Shown here in pieces: positions 1-8,075 of a stretch of DNA of 43,360 nt (position 1 is the stretch's first letter; every line of letters starts with the position of its first letter). Below the pieces are notes generated by a model. It saw only the letters and a list, made by a program, of their open reading frames with translations. It ran no database searches and was not told where the DNA came from. The position numbers and the translations under genes were made by a program. This DNA is from Gammaproteobacteria bacterium (GTDB lineage: Bacteria > Pseudomonadota > Gammaproteobacteria > Arenicellales > Poriferihabitantaceae): contig JAJDVC010000071.1 in assembly GCA_022826305.1 (NCBI GenBank), positions 1-43,360 on the forward strand, in the 5' to 3' direction.

Positions 1-1632
1 CTGCTCGGCAAATCCGGTTGTACCCGGATGGTCCAGGGCGGCTACAACGTCGCCATCAACCCCGGCGACTCGATCGAGCGGCATTTCATGGACTCCATCG
101 TGGGCGGCAAGTGGCTGCCCAGACAGGATCTGGTGTGGACGCTGTGCGAAACGGCCGTGGAACGGATACAGGAACTGGAAAACGAACTGGGGTGCTACTT
201 TGACCGGAATCCGGACGGCACGTTGCACCAGAAGGCGTTCGCTGGGCAGAGTTTCGATCGCACCGCACACAGGGGGGACCTGACCGGAATCGAGATCATC
301 AATCGCCTGATGGAGAAGGTCCGGTCCCTGAACGTGCGGAAGATGGAGGAGCACCGTGCTGTCGAACTGGTCGGCGCTGCGGATGGTTCCGGGATTTCCG
401 GCGTGCTGCTGATCGACGTGCGAACCGGATGCTACCGGTTCGTGCAGGCCCGGGCGGTCCTGCTGGGCACCGGGGCCGGACCGTCCATGTACCGTTACCA
501 TACGCCATCCGGAGACAAGACCTGTGACGGGCTGGCCATGGCGCTTCGCTACGGTCTCGGCCTGCGGGACATGGAGATGGTGCAGTTCCATCCCACAGGG
601 GTACTGGCCGGCCCGCACACCCGGATGACCGGGACCATCCTCGAGGAGGGTCTGCGCGGTGCCGGGGGATACCTGCTGAACGGTGACGACGAGCGATTCA
701 TGTCCGGCTATCATCCGTCGGCGGAGCGTGCAACCCGGGACATCGTCTCACGCAGCATGTACAACGAGATACGCGCCGGACGCGGCACACCGCAGGGAGG
801 GATCTACATCCAGATGGCGCACCTCGGCCCGGACAATGTCCGCAGAAGATTCCCCGGGATGGTCAGGCGCTGCGAGGACTGTGGTTTCGATCTGGCAGGA
901 GGGCGGGTGGAAGTGGTGCCGACGGCACATTACATGATGGGTGGCATAGAAATGGGACGGCACTGCCAGACCGGGTCGCCGGGCCTGTACGTGGCCGGGG
1001 AGGATGCCGGCGGCGTCCATGGCGCGAACCGGCTCGGAGGAAACGGAGTAGCGAATTCCACGGTATTCGGGGGGATAGCCGGTCAGCGGATGGCGCGGTT
1101 CATCGACGAAGGCGCGCCGTTGCGCGATCCGGACCGGCACGCAATGGAGGCTGGCATGGCGCGGGCCGAAGCCCCCTTCGGAAAAGATGACGGTGACGTG
1201 ACGGGACTGCGCGAGCAGCTCTTCGGGACGATGTGGGACCATGCGGGCATTGTCAGGACGGCAGGCGGGCTGGGCAGGGCCCTGGATGACCTGTCCGGTT
1301 TGCGGCAGTCCCTGTCCGGGATCGGGATCAGGGAAGGGGACAGGTCGTTCAACCTGACCTGGCACGACTGCCTGAACCTGTATAATCTGCTGGATGTCAG
1401 TGAAGTGATCGCCCGGGCCGGACTGGCGCGGGAGGATTCCCGCGGTGCGCATTTCCGGGAGGACTACCCGCAAACCGGGGGCCTGGAGAAGACTGCCTAC
1501 ACCCGCATTACGGGCGGCAACGGCGCCCTGGAGATGGAGATGGTGCCGGTGGATTTTTCCATCGTGCGACCCGGGGACTCGCTGATTGAAGACGAGGCCG
1601 GAGTACCTCCGTCCGGTACGGAGCAGAGCTGA
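1..1632 (+). CDS. FAD-dependent flavoprotein of the succinate dehydrogenase/fumarate reductase/L-aspartate oxidase family. The 5' end lies outside the window.
   Basis: Frame 1 is open from base 1 (LLGKSGCTRMVQGGYNVA...), and the FAD GxGxxG N-terminus is missing. Family motifs seen: MVQFHPTG, AHYMMGGIEM, GVHGANRLGGNGVANS, SRGAHFREDYP. Stop at 1630-1632. Confidence 0.85.
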   Translation: MLGKSGCTRMVQGGYNVAINPGDSIERHFMDSIVGGKWLPRQDLVWTLCETAVERIQELENELGCYFDRNPDGTLHQKAFAGQSFDRTAHRGDLTGIEIINRLMEKVRSLNVRKMEEHRAVELVGAADGSGISGVLLIDVRTGCYRFVQARAVLLGTGAGPSMYRYHTPSGDKTCDGLAMALRYGLGLRDMEMVQFHPTGVLAGPHTRMTGTILEEGLRGAGGYLLNGDDERFMSGYHPSAERATRDIVSRSMYNEIRAGRGTPQGGIYIQMAHLGPDNVRRRFPGMVRRCEDCGFDLAGGRVEVVPTAHYMMGGIEMGRHCQTGSPGLYVAGEDAGGVHGANRLGGNGVANSTVFGGIAGQRMARFIDEGAPLRDPDRHAMEAGMARAEAPFGKDDGDVTGLREQLFGTMWDHAGIVRTAGGLGRALDDLSGLRQSLSGIGIREGDRSFNLTWHDCLNLYNLLDVSEVIARAGLAREDSRGAHFREDYPQTGGLEKTAYTRITGGNGALEMEMVPVDFSIVRPGDSLIEDEAGVPPSGTEQS

Positions 1633-1640
1633 GGGGCATT

Positions 1641-2600
1641 ATGATATCAGGAGAAACCATCGAACAGGCCGGTTACGAGATCATGAAGCGGGCGGCCATC
1701 GACATTCCCGGGGACTACCTGAGCGGGATCAGGGATGCCGCCCGCAAGGAAGCGGAACCACTGTCGGGGTTCGTGCTCAAGACCATGGTGAAGAATTATG
1801 AGACGGCAACCGAGGACCGTCGGCCGATGTGTGCCGATACCGGTTTGCCCCGCTACTATGTCAAGGTGGGGGACGAGGCGCGTTTTTCAGGCGGCTTTAC
1901 CGGTATCGAGCATGCCTTGCGCTCGGCCACCGCACGGGCTACCCGGGATGTTCCGCTCAGGCCGAACCGGGTGCATCCCCTGTGGCGGACGGAATACAAC
2001 AACAATGTCGGCATCAATGCGCCGGAGATCGAGTGGAGCTTCGAGCCGTCAGCCGGCTGGCTGGATATCACCACCGTTCACAAGGGCGGCCTGTTCGGAA
2101 CGGACTACCGGATGCTTTTCCCCGGTGACGGCATCGATGGCATCCGCCGGTTTCTGCTGGATACGCTGGTTGCCTTCGGGAAGCGCGGCCTTTGCTGCCA
2201 GCCGGCGATCGTCGGGGTCGGTATCGGCGGATCCAAGGATACCTGCATGCAGCTCGGCAAGCAGGCGGCCTGTCTGCGCATTGTCGGAGACCGCAATCCG
2301 GATCCGAAGATCGCCGAACTGGAGCTGGAACTGATGGAAGCGGGCAACGGCATAGGAATGGGCCCGATGGGCTTCGTCGGCTCGTCCATGGTGGTGGACC
2401 TGCATATCGAGGTGGGCTTTACCCATACGGGGGGCATGCCGGTCAGCGTGCATACCTTCTGCCTGTCGTCCAGGCGCGCCACCGCGCGCATCCTTGCGGA
2501 TGGCAGGATCACGTACCGCACGGACCCGCAGTGGTTCACACCCTATTACCGGCGGGAAACCGTGGACTGGCCGATGGATGGCCTCGAGGCGGTATCCTGA
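1641..2600 (+). CDS. Fe-S hydro-lyase alpha subunit (class I fumarate hydratase / L(+)-tartrate dehydratase alpha-like)
   Basis: 319-aa ORF starting 8 nt after the flavoprotein stop. The N-terminal region resembles the class I fumarase N-terminal domain, including ...RPMCADTGLPRYYVKVG... (Cys ligand context) and GIGGSKDTC. Confidence 0.85.
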   Translation: MISGETIEQAGYEIMKRAAIDIPGDYLSGIRDAARKEAEPLSGFVLKTMVKNYETATEDRRPMCADTGLPRYYVKVGDEARFSGGFTGIEHALRSATARATRDVPLRPNRVHPLWRTEYNNNVGINAPEIEWSFEPSAGWLDITTVHKGGLFGTDYRMLFPGDGIDGIRRFLLDTLVAFGKRGLCCQPAIVGVGIGGSKDTCMQLGKQAACLRIVGDRNPDPKIAELELELMEAGNGIGMGPMGFVGSSMVVDLHIEVGFTHTGGMPVSVHTFCLSSRRATARILADGRITYRTDPQWFTPYYRRETVDWPMDGLEAVS

Positions 2601-2601
2601 C

Positions 2602-3264
2602 ATGCTTGAAGAGCACCATGTCGATCTGCCCGCCGACCCGGAATCCGTTTCCCGGCTGAAACCCGGTTCCGTGGTATACCTGAATGGTATCGTCTACACC
2701 GCCAGGGAGCGGGTCTATGACTTCATTCTCAACCGGGGCGGCGAATTGCCGGCCGGACTGGCCGATGTCAGCAATGTGAATTTCCACTGCTCTCCTGCCG
2801 CTGCGGCCCGGGATGACGGCAGTTTCCACATCGGCGGCGTGACGGCCACGGCCAGCTTCCGCTTCTCGCGATACATGGCGGACTGGCTGGACCGAAGCGG
2901 TGCGCGGATACTGATCGGCAAGGGAGGCATGCCGGCCGATGACTACCGCAACATCCTGGCTCCCCGCGGCACGGTATACCTGACGACGGTGGGGTATGGA
3001 ACAGGCGCGCTGCTCGGGCGCGGTGTCCGGGGGGTCGAGACGGTATACTGGCTCCGGGAATTCGGCATTGCCCAGGCGATGTGGCTGTTCCGGGTCAGGG
3101 ATTTCGGTCCGTTTCTGGTTGACAGCGACCTTGAAGGCAACTCCCTGTTTGCCGAGCAGGGCGAACTGGTGAACCGGAACCTGGACCGGATATACCGGGG
3201 TCTCAGGAAGCCGACCCTGCTCCGCTACGGAGAAACCGATGACCGCACGGACGAACTGATCTGA
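2602..3264 (+). CDS. Fe-S hydro-lyase beta subunit (class I fumarate hydratase / tartrate dehydratase beta-like)
   Basis: ATG at 2602 is Met37 of the 2494..3264 ORF and sits 1 nt after the alpha-subunit stop. The product MLEEHHVDLP...LNGIVYTARERVYD...IGKGGM... resembles the fumarase C-terminal/TtdB domain. The longer 2494 start overlaps the alpha gene and was discarded. Confidence 0.8.
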   Translation: MLEEHHVDLPADPESVSRLKPGSVVYLNGIVYTARERVYDFILNRGGELPAGLADVSNVNFHCSPAAAARDDGSFHIGGVTATASFRFSRYMADWLDRSGARILIGKGGMPADDYRNILAPRGTVYLTTVGYGTGALLGRGVRGVETVYWLREFGIAQAMWLFRVRDFGPFLVDSDLEGNSLFAEQGELVNRNLDRIYRGLRKPTLLRYGETDDRTDELI

Positions 3265-3279
3265 ATGCTCCAGGGCACT

Positions 3280-3301
3280 CCGGTCAGGGCTGGCCGACCG
3301 G
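3280..3301. terminator. Candidate bidirectional hairpin between convergent genes
   Basis: CCGGTC (3280-3285) and GACCGG (3296-3301) form a perfect 6-bp inverted repeat between the + gene ending at 3264 and the - gene ending at 3341. No clear U-tract follows. Confidence 0.25.
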
Positions 3302-3340
3302 TATCTTGCATGGCGCACCGGGCGGTGGCCGGATCCGGAT

Positions 3341-4138
3341 CTATGAACCGAAATAGCGGACGATGGCCAGCCTCAGGATGCCGATCCGGTTCCGGATGCC
3401 GTAGGGACAGGGCGTAAACAGGCCTCCTGCGCCGCATCGGTTGTTGCCGGAATAGTTGATTTCGTAAGTCCGCTTGCCGAAATCCGTGAGCACGCCCTCC
3501 AGGCGGAATTTCCAGGGACCCTGAAGCGGGCTTTCCATGCCGATACCTGCCGCCCAGCCGAATTGCACGGAGCCGTCGTGAAACGAGTCATCCGGATCCA
3601 TTGCCGGCGGCCGGTCCCGGAGGAAGTCGATGTCGGTGACCGAGTTGGTGATCCGGGCGGCCGCGACCCCGCCGGAAGCGAACACGGTCAGGGGCCCCAT
3701 CTTCCTGTCGAAGCGCGCCCGCAAACTGGTCATCCAGTGAAATTCGGCCCTGACGGTTTCATCCCGAAATGCGGGATCAAGGTTGCTTGAAGCCGCCGAG
3801 AGGCTGCCGAAGGTCGCGTCCATCTCGATCCTGAACGGGATGCCGCGGAGCTCAACCTGCCTGCCGACCAGTACACCGCCCACGGTGTTGATATCCCGGT
3901 ACTTCACGATCCATCCGGGATTGTTCCAGTTCGCGAAGCCCCGGGTATCGACAAACCGGCTGCCAAGTTGTCCGGAACCGGCGAAAAACCCCATATAGGT
4001 ACCGCTCCAGTCAAATCCCTGGTCGGCCCGCAAGGGGCTGTTCAGCAACAGGGGCAGGATGACAAGGGCAAGGACCGCCGTGCCTGGTCCGTATCTGCGT
4101 CGTGAACCGGACCGGATGTATTCTTTCGCTGCATTCAT
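3341..4138 (-). CDS. Outer-membrane beta-barrel protein (OmpA-like/opacity-porin type barrel)
   Basis: 265 aa with an N-terminal signal-like segment (GTAVLALVILPLLLNSPLRA). The rest shows an alternating aromatic/Gly-rich beta-strand pattern and an aromatic residue near the C-terminus (..VRYFGS). Confidence 0.7.
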   Translation of the reverse strand: MNAAKEYIRSGSRRRYGPGTAVLALVILPLLLNSPLRADQGFDWSGTYMGFFAGSGQLGSRFVDTRGFANWNNPGWIVKYRDINTVGGVLVGRQVELRGIPFRIEMDATFGSLSAASSNLDPAFRDETVRAEFHWMTSLRARFDRKMGPLTVFASGGVAAARITNSVTDIDFLRDRPPAMDPDDSFHDGSVQFGWAAGIGMESPLQGPWKFRLEGVLTDFGKRTYEINYSGNNRCGAGGLFTPCPYGIRNRIGILRLAIVRYFGS

Positions 4139-4232
4139 TGTGCTTGACGGAACTCGGGTGTCGGACAGGGTGCAGGGTTTCCGGAACGAGAGGCAATTCT
4201 AACAGCAATAATGGAAAAGCTGTTGCCCGCTA

Positions 4233-4263
4233 TTGACCCTGGATGAAGTACAGGGGTTAAAAT
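4233..4263 (+). promoter_or_regulatory. Weak sigma70-like promoter candidate upstream of the DUF4396 gene
   Basis: TTGACC (4233-4238) and TAAAAT (4258-4263). The 19-nt spacing is long, and the start codon at 4276 would leave almost no leader. Confidence 0.2.
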
Positions 4264-4275
4264 GATAACGAAACG

Positions 4276-4746
4276 ATGGAAACAGCCATGCTTGAAGCTT
4301 CTGCAACGAATCACGACAAGCCCGTTGACTGGCACTGCCCGCATACCTGGCGGCGCAGCGCAAGGAACACCCTGTGGTGCCTTGCAGGATGCTCAATCGG
4401 AGATTTCGGCACAATCCTCTTTTTCCAGCTGTCGGGAATTCCCTGGCCCACGCTGGCGATCATGATACTGGCGATCATCAACGGATTGCTTACCAGCATT
4501 ATCCTTGAAACCATCGTGCTGTACCGGGGCGGCATGACCATGCGGGTCGCCTTCAGGACGGCGATCGGGATGAGCATGATTTCGATGATCGCCATGGAAG
4601 TCGCCATGAATGCCACGGACTGGCTGATGACGGGCGGCGCCATACTTAATCCGTGGGTAGTGCCCCCCATGTTGCTGGCGGGTTTCCTGGTGCCCTGGCC
4701 CTACAATTACTGGCGGCTCAAGAAATGGGGGAAGGCATGTCATTGA
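4276..4746 (+). CDS. DUF4396-family integral membrane protein
   Basis: 156 aa. The motif NTLWCLAGCSIGDFG, followed by several hydrophobic helices, matches my recollection of the DUF4396 signature (..LHCL.GC.IGE..). Confidence 0.7.
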   Translation: METAMLEASATNHDKPVDWHCPHTWRRSARNTLWCLAGCSIGDFGTILFFQLSGIPWPTLAIMILAIINGLLTSIILETIVLYRGGMTMRVAFRTAIGMSMISMIAMEVAMNATDWLMTGGAILNPWVVPPMLLAGFLVPWPYNYWRLKKWGKACH

Positions 4747-5165
4747 AACGCCTGCTCCGATTGTCGGCAGCCGTCGCGATGGCTGCCCTGATGTCCGGTA
4801 CGGCGCAGGCCCAGATTGCGCGGTTCAGCGACGAGGAGGTGATTGCCCGGGGCAAGCGTGTTTACGATGCAAACTGCCTTGCGTGCCACGGAGTCGATGC
4901 AGGAGGCATTACGGAAGACTGGCATATCCCTGATGCACAGGGCAGATACCCGCCGCCACCCCTCAACGGTACCGCGCATACCTGGCATCATCCCATCCAG
5001 GCTCTGGCGCATGTCATACGCGAGGGCACGCAGAAACAGGGCGGTTCCATGCCGGCATGGAAGGACAGGCTGACCGACGAGGATGTCTTTTCCGTGATCA
5101 TGTACCTGAGTTCCCTCTGGCCGGACGAGATATACCAGGCCTGGGCGGAGCGTCACGAGCCGTGA
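4737..5165 (+). CDS. Periplasmic class I c-type cytochrome
   Basis: ATG at 4737 is Met29 of ORF 4653..5165 and gives a signal peptide MSLKRLLRLSAAVAMAALMSGTAQA. It carries the haem motif CLACHG and a distal Met context GGSMPAW. It overlaps the DUF4396 stop by 10 nt. Confidence 0.8.
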   Translation: MSLKRLLRLSAAVAMAALMSGTAQAQIARFSDEEVIARGKRVYDANCLACHGVDAGGITEDWHIPDAQGRYPPPPLNGTAHTWHHPIQALAHVIREGTQKQGGSMPAWKDRLTDEDVFSVIMYLSSLWPDEIYQAWAERHEP

Positions 5166-5545
5166 CGGACAAGCCGCTGACCCGGGTGCAATGCCGAAAC
5201 GATCCGCTACTGCAAAAGGGCCGGACTGCCGGAGGAACCGGTCCGCAGTCCGAACGGATATCGGGTTTGCGATGCCCGGGCTTTGCGGTTTTCATGCGTG
5301 TCAGGACGCTCGTTTTCGACAACCGGAGAATCCGGGAGTTTCTCAGGCTCGCCGGAAACCGCCGAGGCCTGTCCAGGCCTGCTGTCGTTTTTCGACGACT
5401 GATCGCGCCCGGTCAAGGTGTCTGCAAAAGCCCGCGGAATGGTTTCCCCGCATTGACGTTTCCCGTCCTTGTACCGGCTGGATCGTTGCGTGGGCCGGGC
5501 CTTCCGGCATGCGGACTACCTGGGTGAACTGCGCAGCAAGGTCGC

Positions 5546-5573
5546 ATGACATCTACAGGGTACCTGCTACAAT
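5546..5573 (+). promoter_or_regulatory. Sigma70-like promoter candidate, orphaned in front of the hsdM ghost
   Basis: ATGACA (5546-5551), 16-nt spacer, TACAAT (5568-5573), about 34 nt upstream of the ATG at 5607. Confidence 0.3.
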
Positions 5574-5606
5574 CATCCATCGTAGAGTGTCCTGTATTGT
5601 CGGAAG

Positions 5607-5700
5607 ATGAAAGATAACAAGGAAATCGAACGGGCAGAACTCCAGAAGACCATCTGGTGCATCCGCTGATAAGCTTGACAGGCTATTACATGACCCTTGA
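5607..5700 (+). pseudogene. Remnant of the 5' end of a type I restriction-modification methyltransferase (HsdM N-terminal region)
   Basis: ATG 5607 reads MKDNKEIERAELQKTIWCIR then stops. A +1 shift continues with SADKLDRLLHDP and stops at 5698-5700. AELQK.IW..ADKL resembles the conserved HsdM N-terminus (..ELxKxLWxxADKLRG..). Nothing HsdM-like follows. Confidence 0.4.
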
Positions 5701-6024
5701 ACGTCACTCGGTCAGTCAGCCGGGTAGCCGTCATCCGGGCGCGAGGCGCTGTACCGCAGGCCGGAACAGGTCCCGATACGGACAACTTCCGGACAGCATG
5801 AGCACCAACCGGCGGGTATTGCACACGATCACCGCACCGCTGCACAGCAGCTGCAGGCGCAGCGTGCCGACATGTGACCGCGCCAGCCGCGTCCCGCAAC
5901 GGATCCGCTCCAGCAGGGCATATCCCAGTCCACCGGTCAGCGGACCGGTTCGGCCACCACGGCGAACAGCTGGCACGGTCGGCGCACAGATCCAGCTGCT
6001 GCTCCCTGATCCGGTTCTCCATCG

Positions 6025-6061
6025 CCCGAAACCCACAGGATAACCGGCTGTTCGAGGTGCC
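6025..6061. repeat. Solo IS5-family terminal sequence, an inverted copy of 6984-7020
   Basis: cccgaaacccacaggataaccggctgttcgaggtgcc matches the reverse complement of 6984-7020 at 35 of 37 positions. TAG follows it at 6062-6064. Confidence 0.7.
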
Positions 6062-6163
6062 TAGGTATTTATCGTCTGCTCACACACGCGAAGCGACACT
6101 GACATTCATTGCCGCAAGTGGTAAGGTAAGGATTCATTACATCCTTGAAGACGCCGATTCCCC

Positions 6164-6388
6164 ATGCTCGCAAAACTGACTTCCAAAAACCAACTGACCC
6201 TTCCGAAGGCGATGACTGCAGCGGTTGAAGCCACCGAATATTTCGAAGTAACGGCGGAAAATGGCCGGATTGTGCTGACTCCTGTCCGGGTCAACCGTGC
6301 CGATGGAGTCCGGGCGAAGCTCGCTGGTCTGGGGCTGTCGGAAAGCGATGTGACTGAAGCGATCACATGGGCCAGAACAGGCGGGTAA
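6164..6388 (+). CDS. AbrB/MazE/SpoVT-family antitoxin
   Basis: 74 aa. MLAKLTSKNQLTLPKAM...GRIVLTPV is the swapped-hairpin AbrB-type DNA-binding pattern. It overlaps the downstream PIN gene by 22 nt. Confidence 0.75.
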   Translation: MLAKLTSKNQLTLPKAMTAAVEATEYFEVTAENGRIVLTPVRVNRADGVRAKLAGLGLSESDVTEAITWARTGG

Positions 6389-6825
6389 CGTCGGTACGAA
6401 CAGTCCTGGACACGAATGTTCTGGTTTCAGCGCTGCTTTTCCACAACAGCCCACTGGCCTGGTTGCGTGGTGCCTGGCGTTCGGGACGCATTCTACCCCT
6501 AGCGAGCCGGACGACTACAGAGGAGTTGATCCGGGTTCTCGCATACCCGAAATTTGCATTGAATGCAAATCAACAACATGACCTGCTCGACGACTATCTG
6601 CCAGCCTGTGAAATCGTGACAATACCGGTCCTGCCCCCCGAAGTGCCTGAGTGCCGGGACCCATTCGACCGGCAATTCCTGGAGCTGGCCCTTGCCGGGA
6701 ATGCTGAGGTTCTTGTGACGGGTGACGCCGATTTGCCTGCATTAGCTGATAGATTTGCTGTCCCCATCCTGTCTTCCGGGAAGTTCGGACAATTCCTGGA
6801 TCACGAAGAATCCGTGGACAGTTGA
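6367..6825 (+). CDS. PIN-domain toxin (PIN_3-type putative toxin-antitoxin component)
   Basis: 152 aa with VLDTNVLVSALL at the N-terminus, DRQFLELALAG, and VTGDADL near the C-terminus. These are the conserved acidic positions of PIN nucleases. Confidence 0.8.
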   Translation: MGQNRRVTSVRTVLDTNVLVSALLFHNSPLAWLRGAWRSGRILPLASRTTTEELIRVLAYPKFALNANQQHDLLDDYLPACEIVTIPVLPPEVPECRDPFDRQFLELALAGNAEVLVTGDADLPALADRFAVPILSSGKFGQFLDHEESVDS

Positions 6826-6983
6826 TTCCGACAGTCTCATCCGTTTCATTTTGCCGTGGCGGCAACTACCGCCGTACCTGCCGCCTGTGCACCATCCTCC
6901 ATGTAAAACCAACGTACGCATTTCGAGGTGCCGGTCTGGTCGTAGCATCGGCCATTCGATTCAGATCGATAAAATAACAATAG

Positions 6984-7995
6984 GGCACCTCGAACAACCG
7001 GATATCCTGTGGGTTTCGGGCCGTGGAGTCGGGATTTCTGGAGATGGAGGGGTTCCGGAGGAGACAATCGGGACCGGATCCGGGATTTGCGGCCGGTCTT
7101 GCGGGCCGCTTCCCGGTGTTCGGGCGCAATCATGCCTGCCGCGCCACCAGGAACCGGTAGCGGCGCATGTTGTACATCAGGTTTCCCATGAGGGTCCTTG
7201 CCGCGGCGCACTGCAGTCCGATGGTCCGGACCACCCCCGCTGCCAGGGCCCGCACCGGATGGCCGAACACGTGCTCCACCCGGGCATCGTGCACCGCGGC
7301 ATCCGTCACCGGCCTGCGGCGGAGCAGCTTGTGCTCACGATCAATCCCGATGTGGCGCCTGTAACCGCAGCATGAACACGACCGTTGCCTCATCCACTTC
7401 GCATCCCGGTCCTGCTGACGGTGCCGGGGCTTGTGCGCATCGTCCAGATGCTCCCGCAACCGGCGGCCCGCCACGCTCCGCGCATCCACGATCTGTCCGC
7501 CACGGGCCGCCTAACCCGACTGCCGCAGATGGACCTCGAACCGGTCGAACAGCTGCTCCAGCAACCGCTGTCTGATCAACTCCTCGCGGAATAGCCACAG
7601 CGTCGTCGCATCCGGGATCCGGTCGTGCAGACCCGGACCCGGGAACCGCATGAACGACAGACGGTCCTTCACCTGGTGTTCCACCTGCTCGTCCGACAAC
7701 CCGGTCGGACTCGACAGCGCCAGCATCCTGAACAGCAACACACCGTCGTACGCCGGACGCCCGTCCCGCGCTCCCCGGTGCGCTCGCGCTCGCGCCGGCA
7801 ACGGACGGCAGTCGTGCCAGTCAATCACCGCAGCCAGCCGTTCCAGCGGATCTCCCCTGTCCGACAACCGCTCCGCACGCTTCTGAAGATCAGACAGGCT
7901 CGTCTGGCTCATCGCAATACCCCCATGTCCATTCATGAATATCCCATGCCGATTCCATTACAATACGGTCCTGCGGGGGGTTATTCGAGGTGCTC
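6984..7995 (-). mobile_element. Degenerate IS5-family insertion sequence (about 1.0 kb)
   Basis: The terminal inverted repeats are GGCACCTCGAACAACC (6984->) and AGCACCTCGAATAACC (reverse complement from 7994). They enclose the transposase reading frame at 7130-7936. Confidence 0.7.
7130..7936 (-). pseudogene. IS5-family (IS5 group) DDE transposase, inactivated
   Basis: A single frame is interrupted by an in-frame TAG at 7511-7513 (...HLRQSG*AARGGQIVDARSV...). The N-terminal InsH-like region is present (RPAYDGVLLFRMLAL...LSDEQVE..VKDRLSFMRF). VTDAAVHD runs directly into ARVEHVFG, so the central DDE segment present in E. coli IS5 InsH is missing. Confidence 0.8.
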
Positions 7996-8075
7996 ATTTC
8001 ATATAATCCTCCATTCCTGATTCGGTGGGCGGTCCCGGCAGGGTCGCCGATCTATTGGCATTGTGGAGGAACGAG

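Noticed and set aside
5573-6043. Overlapping ORFs on both strands (5573..6022 -, 5657..6043 +, 5731..6036 -) between the hsdM ghost and the solo IS end.
   Set aside because: None shows a transposase or other recognisable motif in any frame. They probably represent scrambled remnant DNA. Only the terminal 37 nt can be tied to the IS.
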